Notes under the pieces: model-generated | The model's database searches: none | What the model saw: the letters and a program-made list of their open reading frames with translations, nothing else | What the model was told of the DNA's origin: nothing | Shown: positions 35,668 to 44,729 of the stretch, one piece after another | Numbering within the stretch: the stretch's first letter is position 1 | Layout of the letters: each line of letters begins with the position of its first letter | Assembly: GCA_965223705.1 (NCBI GenBank) | Contig: OZ245015.1 | Span: forward strand, 3,104,001-3,168,000 | Source of the DNA: Myxococcota bacterium | GTDB lineage: Bacteria > Myxococcota_A > UBA9160 > UBA6930 | Direction: 5' to 3' | DNA: 64,000 nt | Translations under genes and position numbers: made by a program

Positions 35668-37290
35668 CTACGCCGAGAGAGCTGCGGCTCCAGACGGCGC
35701 GTAGGGCTTCTGTGCGGCGAAGGTCTCGGCGGATGCCGCTTCCCACGCGCCGCGGAGCCCTGCGGGCGGCCGCCCCGCCAACAGCGAGCCGGGCTCAACC
35801 GAGTCGTAGTGATCTTCGAAGCTCTCGACACCGCGGGTTCCCAGGCGGCGCAGGATATGCCGCGGGGTGAGCTCCGACGGATGGGTGAGACCCGCCGCCG
35901 CGATGAGCTCGAGCGCCGCGTGGACGGTCTGCCGCTGATAGCGCGCCACACGGTCCGTCTTGTGGCCTACGTCGAGCCCGACCACGAGCTGTGGATCTTG
36001 AGTCGCCACCCCGACCGGACAGCGGTTGTTGTTGCAGTGGCGCGCCTGGATGCAACCGAGTGCGAGCATCATCGCCCTCGCCGAGTAACAGAAATCGGCT
36101 CCCAGGGACAACATCCGTACGATTCCGAAACCGGTGGCGATCTTCCCCGAGGCGACCAGTCGCACGCGTTCCCGCAAACCCGTTGCAACGAGCGCTTGGT
36201 GAACGAACACCAGCGCATCGGTGAGCGGCGTCCCCAAGCTGTTCGAGAACTCTGCAGGGGCCGCGCCGGTTCCACCCTCTGCGCCATCTACCGTGATGTA
36301 GTCGGGGTGGTGCCCTGTCTCCACCATCGCGCGGCACATCGCCATGAACTCGTGGCGTTCTCCGAGACACAGCTTGATCCCGATCGGCTTGCCGGACACC
36401 TGCCGGAGGGAACCGAGCCAGTGCATGAGCTCCCGCGGCGTCGCAAAGGTGGTGTGGGCGGGGGGTGAGAGAACATCTCGACCGAGGGGGACACCGCGTA
36501 TCTCGGCGATCTCGGGCGTGATCTTCTCAGCCGGCAGGATGCCGCCATGGCCGGGTTTCGCCCCTTGAGACAACTTGATCTCCACCATTTTCACGGGCTC
36601 CGTCGTCGCCCGGCTCGCGAAAGCATCGAGATCGAAACGCCCCTCGTCGTCGCGACAACCGAAGTAGCCCGTGCCGACCTGCCAGATCAGGTCGCCACCG
36701 TGTAGGTGGTGCGGGCTGATGCCACCCTCGCCTGTGCAGTGCGCGAACTTCCCCTCGGCCGCACCGCGATTGAGCGCTTCGATCGCGCGACTCGACAAGG
36801 CGCCGTAGCTCATGGCCGAAACATTGAGGAGTGACGCCGCGTAAGGAGCTTCGCAGGTGGACTCCCCCACCGTGACACGCGGAGGTTCGGCCGGGACTTT
36901 CGCCGGCGCGAGGGAGTGGTTGATCCATTCGTGACCCGGTTCGTAGACGTCACGCTGGGTCCCGAAGGGCAGCGTGTCTTGCGCCCCCTTTGCGCGCTGG
37001 TAGACGAGAGAACGTTCTTCGCGGTTGAAGGGACGGCCGTCGATGTTCGACTCGACGAAGTACTGCTGAATCTCGGGGCGAATCGCTTCCATCAAGTAGC
37101 GACCGCGACCGAGGAGCGGAAAGTTCCTCCGAACGGCTTTCTTCTTTTGGAGCATGTCTTCGAGCCCCAGCGCGATCACCGGGCCGAGGACGGCGAACCC
37201 CCAGAGTGCGGCCGGCCACAGCAACGCCAGCCCGGCGAGGGAGACTGTCAAAAACAACGAAAGCAGAAGAAACGCGCGACGCACCGACAT
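35668..37290 (-). CDS. Membrane-anchored FMN-binding glutamate synthase family protein (stand-alone, YerD-like)
   Basis: N-terminal TM; SAMSYGALS, TGEGG, EIKLSQGAKPGHGG, DGAEGGTGA, GCIQA..C..N.CPVG. Confidence 0.93.
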   Translation of the reverse strand: MSVRRAFLLLSLFLTVSLAGLALLWPAALWGFAVLGPVIALGLEDMLQKKKAVRRNFPLLGRGRYLMEAIRPEIQQYFVESNIDGRPFNREERSLVYQRAKGAQDTLPFGTQRDVYEPGHEWINHSLAPAKVPAEPPRVTVGESTCEAPYAASLLNVSAMSYGALSSRAIEALNRGAAEGKFAHCTGEGGISPHHLHGGDLIWQVGTGYFGCRDDEGRFDLDAFASRATTEPVKMVEIKLSQGAKPGHGGILPAEKITPEIAEIRGVPLGRDVLSPPAHTTFATPRELMHWLGSLRQVSGKPIGIKLCLGERHEFMAMCRAMVETGHHPDYITVDGAEGGTGAAPAEFSNSLGTPLTDALVFVHQALVATGLRERVRLVASGKIATGFGIVRMLSLGADFCYSARAMMLALGCIQARHCNNNRCPVGVATQDPQLVVGLDVGHKTDRVARYQRQTVHAALELIAAAGLTHPSELTPRHILRRLGTRGVESFEDHYDSVEPGSLLAGRPPAGLRGAWEAASAETFAAQKPYAPSGAAALSA

Positions 37291-37389
37291 GCGGACTACG
37301 TCGACGTCTCGCGGGACGCGCTTTACAGAACTCGGGCAGTCGTGCGACGCTAAACTGGCCGATTACGTGAAACCCCTGAGGATCTTGCG

Positions 37390-38401
37390 ATGAACCGAGT
37401 AGCGCCCCGAGTCTTTTCACTGGGTCCGTGCACGTTGCAATCCGGTGTCACGCTGCCCGACGCACAGCTGACTTATGCCACGTACGGAACCCTGTCGGCG
37501 GAACGCGACAACGCGATCCTCCACCCGACTTGGTACGGAGGCAGGCATTGGGACGTCGAGTGGTTGTTCACGAAGGAAGGCATCGACCTCGACCGCTATT
37601 TCGTGGTCGTCCCCAACCTGTTCGGAAACGGGCAGTCTTCTTCCCCGAGCAACACGAACGCGCCGTGGAACGCCGGCCGCTTTCCTCTCGTAAGCCTCTA
37701 CGACAACGTGCGGTTCCAACACCGCTTGCTGACCGAAGAACTCGAGATCTCGCGTCTCAAGCTCGTTCTCGGCTGGTCCATGGCGGCGATGCAGACTTTC
37801 CAGTGGGGCTGCCTCTACCCGGAAATGGTGGAGGCGATCGCTCCCACTTGCGGGGCCGCTCGGTGCTCTCCCCACAACGCGGTGATGCTCGGCGGGCTGC
37901 GAGCGGCGTTGACCGCGGATCGCGATTTCCAAGACGGCTGGTACAAGGAGCAGCCGGAGCGCGGCATTCGCGCGATGGCTCGGGTCTATGCGGGCTGGGG
38001 CACGAGCCAGGCGTTTTTCCGAGAAGGTGCCTACCGCGCGTTGGGCTTCGAGTCGGTCGAAGACTTCGTCGTGGGTCTGTGGGAAGCCTATCTCCTCTCC
38101 CACGACGCGAATGACTTGCTCGCGATGATGAACACGTGGGCCGACGGCGATATCAGCAACAACCCGGTCTTCGAAGGTGATTTCGATCGGGCTCTGGGCG
38201 CGATCGAAGCCCGCGCCATGGTGATGCCCGGGGAGACCGATTTGTACTTCCCCCCGGAAGACTCTGCGTACGAAGTCGCGCAGCATGCCCAACGCGGAAC
38301 TGCGGCCCTTTCCTTCGATCTACGGACACTTCGCGGCAAGTTGGTTGAACCCGCCGGACATGGCGTTCTACCGAAAGGCGATTCGCGAACTCCTTTCGTA
38401 G
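37390..38401 (+). pseudogene. MetX/homoserine O-acetyltransferase-like alpha/beta hydrolase with a frameshift near the 3' end (true pseudogene or sequencing error)
   Basis: YATYG, GNG.SSSPSN, GWSMAA (Ser) and DLYF (Asp) lie in the main frame. The expected MPNAELRPFPSIYGH (His) lies in the +1 frame, from 38285 to TAG 38401. Confidence 0.85.
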
Positions 38402-38464
38402 GGAACTAGCTCGTCGAGAGGCGGGGTGTTAATCTCATCTCGAGAATTCTCGAGGAGAAGCCCT

Positions 38465-39289
38465 TTGGCCAGTGAGCGCGATGTCGACGCCGTTTTCAAC
38501 TACCTGGATCCCGAAGGCAATCGACCGGCCTACTACCTCTATACGCCGAAGGACAGGCCGAAACCGCGGCGGCCCAAGACCAGCCCCCACGCGATGCGAG
38601 TGACCGACGCGCGTCGTGTTCGCGACACGCTGTCGCTCGATCGAGAAGGTGTCGAACTCACGCAGCAGGAGAGCCGCGTCCGCGACTTCTACGATCCGCA
38701 AGACGTCGTCGACACGTACTACCCCGAAGTCGAAGCACTCGTTCTGGAGAGCACCGGCGCGTCGCGCGTACTGGTGTTCGATCACAATGTGCGCTGTGGC
38801 CCGAAAGCCGAGGCGAAGCAGCCCGGTGTCAGCGCGCCGGTCACGTTCGTCCACAACGACTACACCGAGAGCTCCGGCCCGCAACGCGTCCGCGATCTCG
38901 TCGGCGGAGAGGAAGCGGAGCGCCTGCTCAGGCACCCCTTTGCCGTCGTCAACGTGTGGCGGCCCATCCACCACACGGTGCGGGACACGCCGCTTGCGGT
39001 GTGCGATGCCGAGTCCATCGAGCAAGACGACTTCATCCCGACCGACCTCGTCTACGCGGACCGAAAAGGCGAGATCTACTCGGTGCGCTACCAGGCACGA
39101 CACCGCTGGTTTTTCGTGTCGGACATGGAGCCGACCGATGTCATGCTGCTCAAGTGCTACGACTCGGAAGCCGATCGCGCGCGATTCACGGCACACTCGG
39201 CTTTCGAGGATCCGACAGCGCCTCCCGACGCCGCGCCGCGCGAGAGCATTGAGGCCAGAACGCTGGTCTTCTACGCACCCGCCGCGTGA
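38465..39289 (+). CDS. CmcJ/NvfI (AsaB/GA4-desaturase-like) family Fe/2OG oxidoreductase
   Basis: FDHNVR, VHNDYT (HxD), NVWRPI, PLAVCD, KCYDS, TAHSAF, RESIEAR; TTG follows GAGGAG. Confidence 0.9.
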   Translation: MASERDVDAVFNYLDPEGNRPAYYLYTPKDRPKPRRPKTSPHAMRVTDARRVRDTLSLDREGVELTQQESRVRDFYDPQDVVDTYYPEVEALVLESTGASRVLVFDHNVRCGPKAEAKQPGVSAPVTFVHNDYTESSGPQRVRDLVGGEEAERLLRHPFAVVNVWRPIHHTVRDTPLAVCDAESIEQDDFIPTDLVYADRKGEIYSVRYQARHRWFFVSDMEPTDVMLLKCYDSEADRARFTAHSAFEDPTAPPDAAPRESIEARTLVFYAPAA

Positions 39290-40020
39290 TTCCCGTCCTC
39301 GTGCTCGGCGCGGGGCTCGGCATGATGCTGGTCGAGCGTCTCATCGGGGCCCGACGGTGGCCGGTCGTGCCGCACTGGTGGCCGCGCGCGCTCGCCCTGA
39401 ACGGGGTCCAGGGAATCGCCGCGTTTGTCGGACCCTATGCCTGGGATCGTTGGTGGCCCCGCTCGGTCGAAGGACCGTTCGCATCCCTGGGACTCGTCGG
39501 TGAAGCGGTCGTCGGCTACTTGGCGATCACGTTCATCTACTACTGGTGGCACCGCACCCGGCACGCCGTTCCGTTCCTGTGGCGGTGGTTCCATCAGGTC
39601 CACCACAGTCCGGCTCGCATCGAGATCATCACGAGCTTCTACAAGCATCCGTTCGAGATCGTGACCAACGCCCTCCTCTCGAGCGCGATCCTCTACGTGC
39701 TCGTCGGCACGCGGCCCGAAGCCGCGGCCCTTGCGGTGATGGCGACGGGCCTCGCAGAGTTCTTCTACCACTGGAACGTCGCGACACCCCGCTGGCTCGG
39801 TTACTTCGTGCAGCGACCCGAGAGCCACTGCGTACACCACCAACGCGGGCTGCACGACAAGAACTACGCGGACTTGCCGATCTGGGACATGCTGTTCGGC
39901 ACATTCCAGAATCCACGCGCGTGGACAGCGACCTGCGGACTCGGCATCGAGAACGAACTTCGTTTGGGTGACATGCTTCGCGGACGCCTCCTCGAGGACG
40001 CCCCCGGCGCGAACCCATGA
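39286..40020 (+). CDS. Sterol desaturase / fatty-acid hydroxylase family di-iron membrane enzyme
   Basis: His boxes YWWHRTRH, FHQVHH, HPFE, FYHWN, PESHCVHH, WD.LFGTF; GTGA overlap with the upstream gene. Confidence 0.93.
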   Translation: MIPVLVLGAGLGMMLVERLIGARRWPVVPHWWPRALALNGVQGIAAFVGPYAWDRWWPRSVEGPFASLGLVGEAVVGYLAITFIYYWWHRTRHAVPFLWRWFHQVHHSPARIEIITSFYKHPFEIVTNALLSSAILYVLVGTRPEAAALAVMATGLAEFFYHWNVATPRWLGYFVQRPESHCVHHQRGLHDKNYADLPIWDMLFGTFQNPRAWTATCGLGIENELRLGDMLRGRLLEDAPGANP

Positions 40021-40487
40021 GGTGGTGGCTTCTTCTCTTGCTCGGCTTGATCCAGATGGCGGCGGATCTCGCGGGTGTCGTGCCGCTGCGAGGGCTTGCG
40101 GCGAGTACGAACGCCTCGCCGGCACCGCGGGTCTTCTCGGCGCGGGACGGTCTCGAGACCTTTTCGACGCGATTCTTCTTGGAGTTCGATGCGGAGGGCG
40201 AGCGCGAAACCATGGCACTGACGCCCGAGCGCTACGCGCGCATACGCGGACCGTACAACCGGAGGAACGCGTACGGGGCGGCCGTCGCCTACGGCCCGAT
40301 CCTCGCCGCTTCCGAGCGGACACGCGCGCTGTTTCGGGATATCTCCCGCTTCGCGCTGTGCGGTGATAGCCCACTCCTTCGAGAACTCGGGCTACCGACC
40401 GATCACCGCAACCTCACGGTTGTCTTGGAGCCCAAGGCCGGAACGCCCGCCGAGATCGACCGCCGGCTCGACCCGAGGTGCCTGTGA
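40017..40487 (+). CDS. Hypothetical protein, N-terminally membrane-anchored
   Basis: Hydrophobic N-terminus; ASPAPRVFS, GLETFS, RGPYNRRNAYGA; start/stop overlaps on both sides support coding. Confidence 0.8.
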   Translation: MRWWLLLLLGLIQMAADLAGVVPLRGLAASTNASPAPRVFSARDGLETFSTRFFLEFDAEGERETMALTPERYARIRGPYNRRNAYGAAVAYGPILAASERTRALFRDISRFALCGDSPLLRELGLPTDHRNLTVVLEPKAGTPAEIDRRLDPRCL

Positions 40488-41758
40488 TGGCGTCGTCGCT
40501 TTTTGAGGAAAACGGCTGGACCGGAGGTCAGTACAGCCTCTATCGCGCCGCGTTGGGTGTGTATCTGGCGATCCACTTCGCGGCGCTCCTGCCCTACGGC
40601 ACGGAGCTCTTCTCCGATCGCGGGATGATCGAACACGCGACATCGAGTCCGTTCTTTCCGTGGTTTCCGAACCTTTGGTTTGCCTTCGATGCGCCCGGCG
40701 CCGTCTTCGCTCTGCTACTCCTCGCATGCGGGGCGAGCGTGTTACTCGCAGCGGGTTTCCGCGATCGCGTGGCCGCGCTCTTCGTCTGGTACGTCCTGGC
40801 CTGCACGTTCACGCGCAACCCCCTGATTTCGAATCCGAGCCTTCCGTTCATCGGGTGGCTGCTGCTGGCCCATAGTGCGCTGGCAGCACGCCCCTACGGC
40901 GCGTGGGACACGCGCGGGCGGGACGACCCCCGCGGCGATTTCAATCGGCCGCCAACGGCGTTCGCGGCGACCTGGGTCGTCATGGCGGCAGGCTATAGCT
41001 ACAGCGGGATCACGAAGCTGGTGAGCCCGTCGTGGATCGACGGCTCCGCCGTCAGCTACGTGTTGAGCAATCCCTTGGCGCGACCGACAGCCTTGCGATC
41101 GTGGTTGCTCGAGCTTCCGGATGTCCTGCTCCGCCTCGCCACCTGGGGAGCACTCTTCGCCGAACTCCTCTTCCTGCCGCTGGCCCTCTTTGCGAGGACT
41201 CGCCCGATCATCTGGCTCGCCCTGTTGTCGATGCATCTAGGCCTCGCGCTCGTCATCGATTTCTTCGAGCTCTCGGTGGGCATGATGATCCTGCATCTCG
41301 CGACGTTCGACCCGCGCTGGCTCGCACCGCGGAGCGACGGACCGATGCGCCTGTTCTACGACGGCGATTGCGGGCTCTGTCACCGCGCCGTCCGCTTCGT
41401 GCTTTCCGAAGACCCGACGGGTCGGCAGTTCGTGTTCACATCCCTCGCGAGTCCGCTAGGTCAGCGTCTTCGGGACGGGTACGGGCCGGAGCCGTTGCCC
41501 GACAGCCTGATTCTCGAGAGCCAGGACGGGGAGCTGCAGTTCCGATCGAGCGCCGTCCTCGCCACGCTCGATCGACTGGGCGGACTGTGGCGCGTGGTCG
41601 GCTGGTGCTTCGCACCCATTCCCCGGGGCGTCCTCGATTTTCTCTACGACCGGATCGCCGAGACCCGCAAGCGGATCTTCCGCGAACCGTCCGACGCCTG
41701 TCCGGTGATCTCTCCCGAGCTCAGGCGACGTTTCGACGAAGGTGGCGAGCGGGGGTAA
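40487..41758 (+). CDS. HTTM-domain (vitamin K-dependent carboxylase-like) membrane protein fused to a DCC1/DUF393 thiol-disulfide oxidoreductase domain
   Basis: R..LG.Y...H, RNP.ISNP, YSYSGITKL..PSWIDG, ELLF, MH; C-terminal FYDGDCGLC, RS.A, YD.IA..R and ACP. Confidence 0.85.
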   Translation: MASSLFEENGWTGGQYSLYRAALGVYLAIHFAALLPYGTELFSDRGMIEHATSSPFFPWFPNLWFAFDAPGAVFALLLLACGASVLLAAGFRDRVAALFVWYVLACTFTRNPLISNPSLPFIGWLLLAHSALAARPYGAWDTRGRDDPRGDFNRPPTAFAATWVVMAAGYSYSGITKLVSPSWIDGSAVSYVLSNPLARPTALRSWLLELPDVLLRLATWGALFAELLFLPLALFARTRPIIWLALLSMHLGLALVIDFFELSVGMMILHLATFDPRWLAPRSDGPMRLFYDGDCGLCHRAVRFVLSEDPTGRQFVFTSLASPLGQRLRDGYGPEPLPDSLILESQDGELQFRSSAVLATLDRLGGLWRVVGWCFAPIPRGVLDFLYDRIAETRKRIFREPSDACPVISPELRRRFDEGGERG

Positions 41759-41808
41759 TCCTTCGACGGTCGTGAGGCGTATCCTTCCGTAGGGGAAGTG
41801 GAGGAACC

Positions 41809-42234
41809 ATGAAGAAGCCGACGCGCTCCGGAACCCTCGGTGTGCTCTCTGGCTACCTCATGGCCGTGCTCGCCATGGCCTGCGCACCGTCCGCGGCACC
41901 CGTCGGTACGGGTTCGTACGATCGCGCTGTGCCCATCGGGAAGTCTCCGTTCCCACGACCGGGCACGTTCAGCTACAGCTACACCGACGTGCGCCACAAA
42001 GACGACGGCTCGATCCTCGTCGACTTCGCGGTGACGAACGGCACCCACCGCGACTATTCCATGGTGGTCGCACGGGTCGGTCTTCGCGCCGCCGGCGCGA
42101 AGGGCATCAGCCAACGGGTCGCGGTCGGACCGATCCGCAAGGGCGACAACCGCCGGGCCGTCGCCCGCTTCAGCCCGATCGATTTCGAAATCGACGACGT
42201 CGAAATCGAGATCGTCGAAGCCACGAGTTGGTGA
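41809..42234 (+). CDS. Putative lipoprotein, hypothetical
   Basis: MKK N-terminus, lipobox LAMA-C, beta-rich mature part; GGAGG RBS. Confidence 0.7.
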   Translation: MKKPTRSGTLGVLSGYLMAVLAMACAPSAAPVGTGSYDRAVPIGKSPFPRPGTFSYSYTDVRHKDDGSILVDFAVTNGTHRDYSMVVARVGLRAAGAKGISQRVAVGPIRKGDNRRAVARFSPIDFEIDDVEIEIVEATSW

Positions 42235-42248
42235 TGCGGATCGAGTCT

Positions 42249-43295
42249 CTAGAAGCGATCGGCAAAGCCGCGAAAGGGCGTCGGTAACGCGCGAACCTGC
42301 GCGATGACCTCGGGCGTGAGCGACGGATCGGCATCGGGAGCCTGGGTCGGCATCAGCTGGTCGATGCGGCCGGAGAACCGCTCCCCCAGCGCCTTCGCGA
42401 GCTGATCATGGGTGGCAGTCACGGTAAAAAGGTCCAGCACGTCGTCGCTGACTTCCGCCGCCATGTCATCCCACGCACCGCGCTTCGACAACGCGTGGAG
42501 CTTCGCGCCCAGGTCGAGCAGATCGTGGATTTCGAGGACAGGCCAGTACGTCCTTGTCGATCCGTAGAACGCCACGCGGATGCGGGCGAATTCGCGGATT
42601 CTCGCGATGGTTTCTTCGTCCGGTCCGGTCGCGACAAAGCCACCGCCCGTGACGTGAAAGTGTTCGCGGGCTTGGCCGCCGTTTCTCCGTCCCGCGTCGA
42701 GCTCGGGGATCACGACTTCGTCGAGATAGCGCGTCGTGCAAAACGGATGGAGCTGGACGCCGTCGGCGACTTCGCCCGCCAAGCGCAGCATGCCCGGGCC
42801 CACCGCCGCGAGGGTGATCGGCACCATCGGAAGTCGCGTGGGCGGGGGCGAGAAATTCGGTGTCATCAGCGTGAAGCGATAGTGCTCGCCCTCGAACGCC
42901 AACGGCTCACCCGACTCCCAACACCGCCAAATCGCTCGAAGCGATTCGGCGTATTCACGAAGCCTCGGGGCCGGCGGACTCCACGGTACGGAGAAGCGAC
43001 GTTCGTTGTGGCCTTTGACTTGTGGCCCCAGGCCCAGCACGAATCGTCCCCGCGACGCTTCTTGGAGATCGAACGCCGTGTTGGCCACCGCCATCGGACT
43101 GCGCGCGAAAGCGATGGCGATGCCGGTCCAGAGCTCGAGGGTGTCGGTATGTTCCGCCGCGATCGCGAGCGGCAAGAAGGGCTCGTGAGTGTTCTCCATC
43201 GTCACGAAGCCCGTGACCCCTTTTGTTTCCGCACGTCGCGCCGCGGCACCGACATCTCGAAGAGAGTGGCCGTACCAGCGCTCGAGAAGCTGCAT
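42249..43295 (-). CDS. Probable F420-dependent LLM oxidoreductase (TIGR03617-like)
   Basis: HEPFLPL, IAIAFARSPM, LGLGPQVKGH..RRFS, FTLMTP, HPF, FYGST..Y. Confidence 0.88.
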   Translation of the reverse strand: MQLLERWYGHSLRDVGAAARRAETKGVTGFVTMENTHEPFLPLAIAAEHTDTLELWTGIAIAFARSPMAVANTAFDLQEASRGRFVLGLGPQVKGHNERRFSVPWSPPAPRLREYAESLRAIWRCWESGEPLAFEGEHYRFTLMTPNFSPPPTRLPMVPITLAAVGPGMLRLAGEVADGVQLHPFCTTRYLDEVVIPELDAGRRNGGQAREHFHVTGGGFVATGPDEETIARIREFARIRVAFYGSTRTYWPVLEIHDLLDLGAKLHALSKRGAWDDMAAEVSDDVLDLFTVTATHDQLAKALGERFSGRIDQLMPTQAPDADPSLTPEVIAQVRALPTPFRGFADRF

Positions 43296-43417
43296 CGCTT
43301 ACCTTCGTATGGAGTGGGAGAGGGTCGCCGGAGCGCCAAGTGGGCTCACCGCGCTGGTGTCCGGCGCCGGCTTCATGCTCGAGTCGGGATTCGAGGCGTG
43401 GATCGAATGGAATCGGC

Positions 43418-43439
43418 GGGGCGGGTCAGAGCCCGCCCC
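43418..43439 (-). terminator. GC-rich hairpin downstream of the RRM gene, possible terminator
   Basis: ggggcggg-tcagag-cccgcccc, an 8-bp stem 12 nt past the stop; no clear U-tract. Confidence 0.35.
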
Positions 43440-43451
43440 TCTCCGCCGGTT

Positions 43452-43742
43452 CTAGTAGCGCGGTCCTCTTCGCGGACCGCCACCGCCGCCGCCGCGGCGC
43501 TCTTGCGCTTCGTTCACGCGAACGGTTCGCCCACCGAGATCCGTACCGTCGAGCGCGCGAATCGCGGACTCCGCTTCGCTCTCTTCTCCCATTTCGACGA
43601 AGCCAAAGCCGCGCGGGCGACCCGTCTCGCGATCCGAGATCAAGTTCACCGACGCGACGGTTCCGTGCGCTTCGAAGACGGTGCGAAGTTCGTCTTCGCT
43701 CGTACTAAAAGGGAGATTGCCAACGTAAAGCTTCTTGCCCAA
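43452..43742 (-). CDS. RRM RNA-binding protein (bacterial Rbp type, Gly-rich tail)
   Basis: RNP2 LYVGNL, RNP1 RGFGFVEM, VNEA, GGGGGG tail; TTG follows GAGG. Confidence 0.96.
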   Translation of the reverse strand: MGKKLYVGNLPFSTSEDELRTVFEAHGTVASVNLISDRETGRPRGFGFVEMGEESEAESAIRALDGTDLGGRTVRVNEAQERRGGGGGGPRRGPRY

Positions 43743-43940
43743 TGCATGTTCCTCGCCGCGTGTTCTTCATGTCTCAATCGGGGACGAACCCGCGGCAGCC
43801 AAGCCGCACACTCCGGCCTTTCCGGTGTGATGCAGCAGGCGTAGTCTACGTCTCCGGACGTTATGCGGCACATCGAAGAATGACAATCCCCGAAGGGCCA
43901 GCTCCGTGCCGATCCGAAACACTGTTTTGAGGAGAAGACC

Positions 43941-44729
43941 ATGGCCGACCGAGCCGGTCGTCTGTTGGGACGCACCGCGTTAATTACCGGAGCGAGTCGG
44001 GGGATCGGCAAAGCCGTCGCCCTGGCCTATGCCGCCGAGGGAGCAGACCTGTTCTTGACGGCCACCCGCGAGAGCAATCTCGCCGAGGTCGCCGACGAGG
44101 CCGGCGCTCTCGGCGCCCGAGTAGAGCGTTTCGGCCTGGATGTGGCTGATCGTGCGGCGGTGGAACGCATGGTCGGAGCGGCCTTCGACGCTTTTTCCAC
44201 CGTGGACCTCCTCGTCAACAATGCCGGGGTCTACAAGCCGGCTCGGTTCATCGACTACACACCCGAGCAATTCGATCGCATCCTGCAGGTCAACCTGTAC
44301 GGCGCCTTCCACGTTCTCCAGCTCGTCGTCCGCCGCATGCTGACCCAGGGCGCGGGCACTGTGGTCAACGTGGCATCCACGGCCGGCAAGTGGGGATCGA
44401 TGAACCAGAGTGCGTACAACGCATCGAAGCACGGGCTGGTCGGGTTGACGCGCTGCGTGGCACTCGAAACGGCTGCCGCTGGTTTGCGGATCAACGCGGT
44501 CTGCCCGGGGTTCGTCGAGACCGATCTCATGGAAGAGCTTCAGACTCACGCGGACATCGTCGGCGTTCCGGTGGATCAGTTTCGCGAGCTGGCGACCGCC
44601 CGCGTTCCGATGCGCCGCTTCATCGAACCCGAGGAAGTCGCGCGGGTGGCGCTCTTTCTCGGCTCCGACGATTCGGCGGGAATGACCGGACAGTCGGTGC
44701 TCCTCGACGGCGGGATGGTCCTCGTATGA
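43941..44729 (+). CDS. Short-chain dehydrogenase/reductase
   Basis: TGASRGIG, NNAG, YNASK, CPGFVET. Confidence 0.95.
   Translation: MADRAGRLLGRTALITGASRGIGKAVALAYAAEGADLFLTATRESNLAEVADEAGALGARVERFGLDVADRAAVERMVGAAFDAFSTVDLLVNNAGVYKPARFIDYTPEQFDRILQVNLYGAFHVLQLVVRRMLTQGAGTVVNVASTAGKWGSMNQSAYNASKHGLVGLTRCVALETAAAGLRINAVCPGFVETDLMEELQTHADIVGVPVDQFRELATARVPMRRFIEPEEVARVALFLGSDDSAGMTGQSVLLDGGMVLV

Noticed and set aside
35668..37290. Complete glutamate synthase or a gltB pseudogene
   Set aside because: Intact stand-alone FMN-domain family member with an N-terminal TM; no amidotransferase domain is expected.
37390..39289. Cephamycin/cephalosporin cluster (CefG-like plus CmcJ-like)
   Set aside because: No ACV synthetase, IPNS, expandase or CmcI; both families are broad.
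43326..43366. Intergenic imperfect hairpin as an ncRNA (SRP/tRNA-like)
   Set aside because: No SRP, tRNA or riboswitch consensus; such stems arise easily at this GC content.
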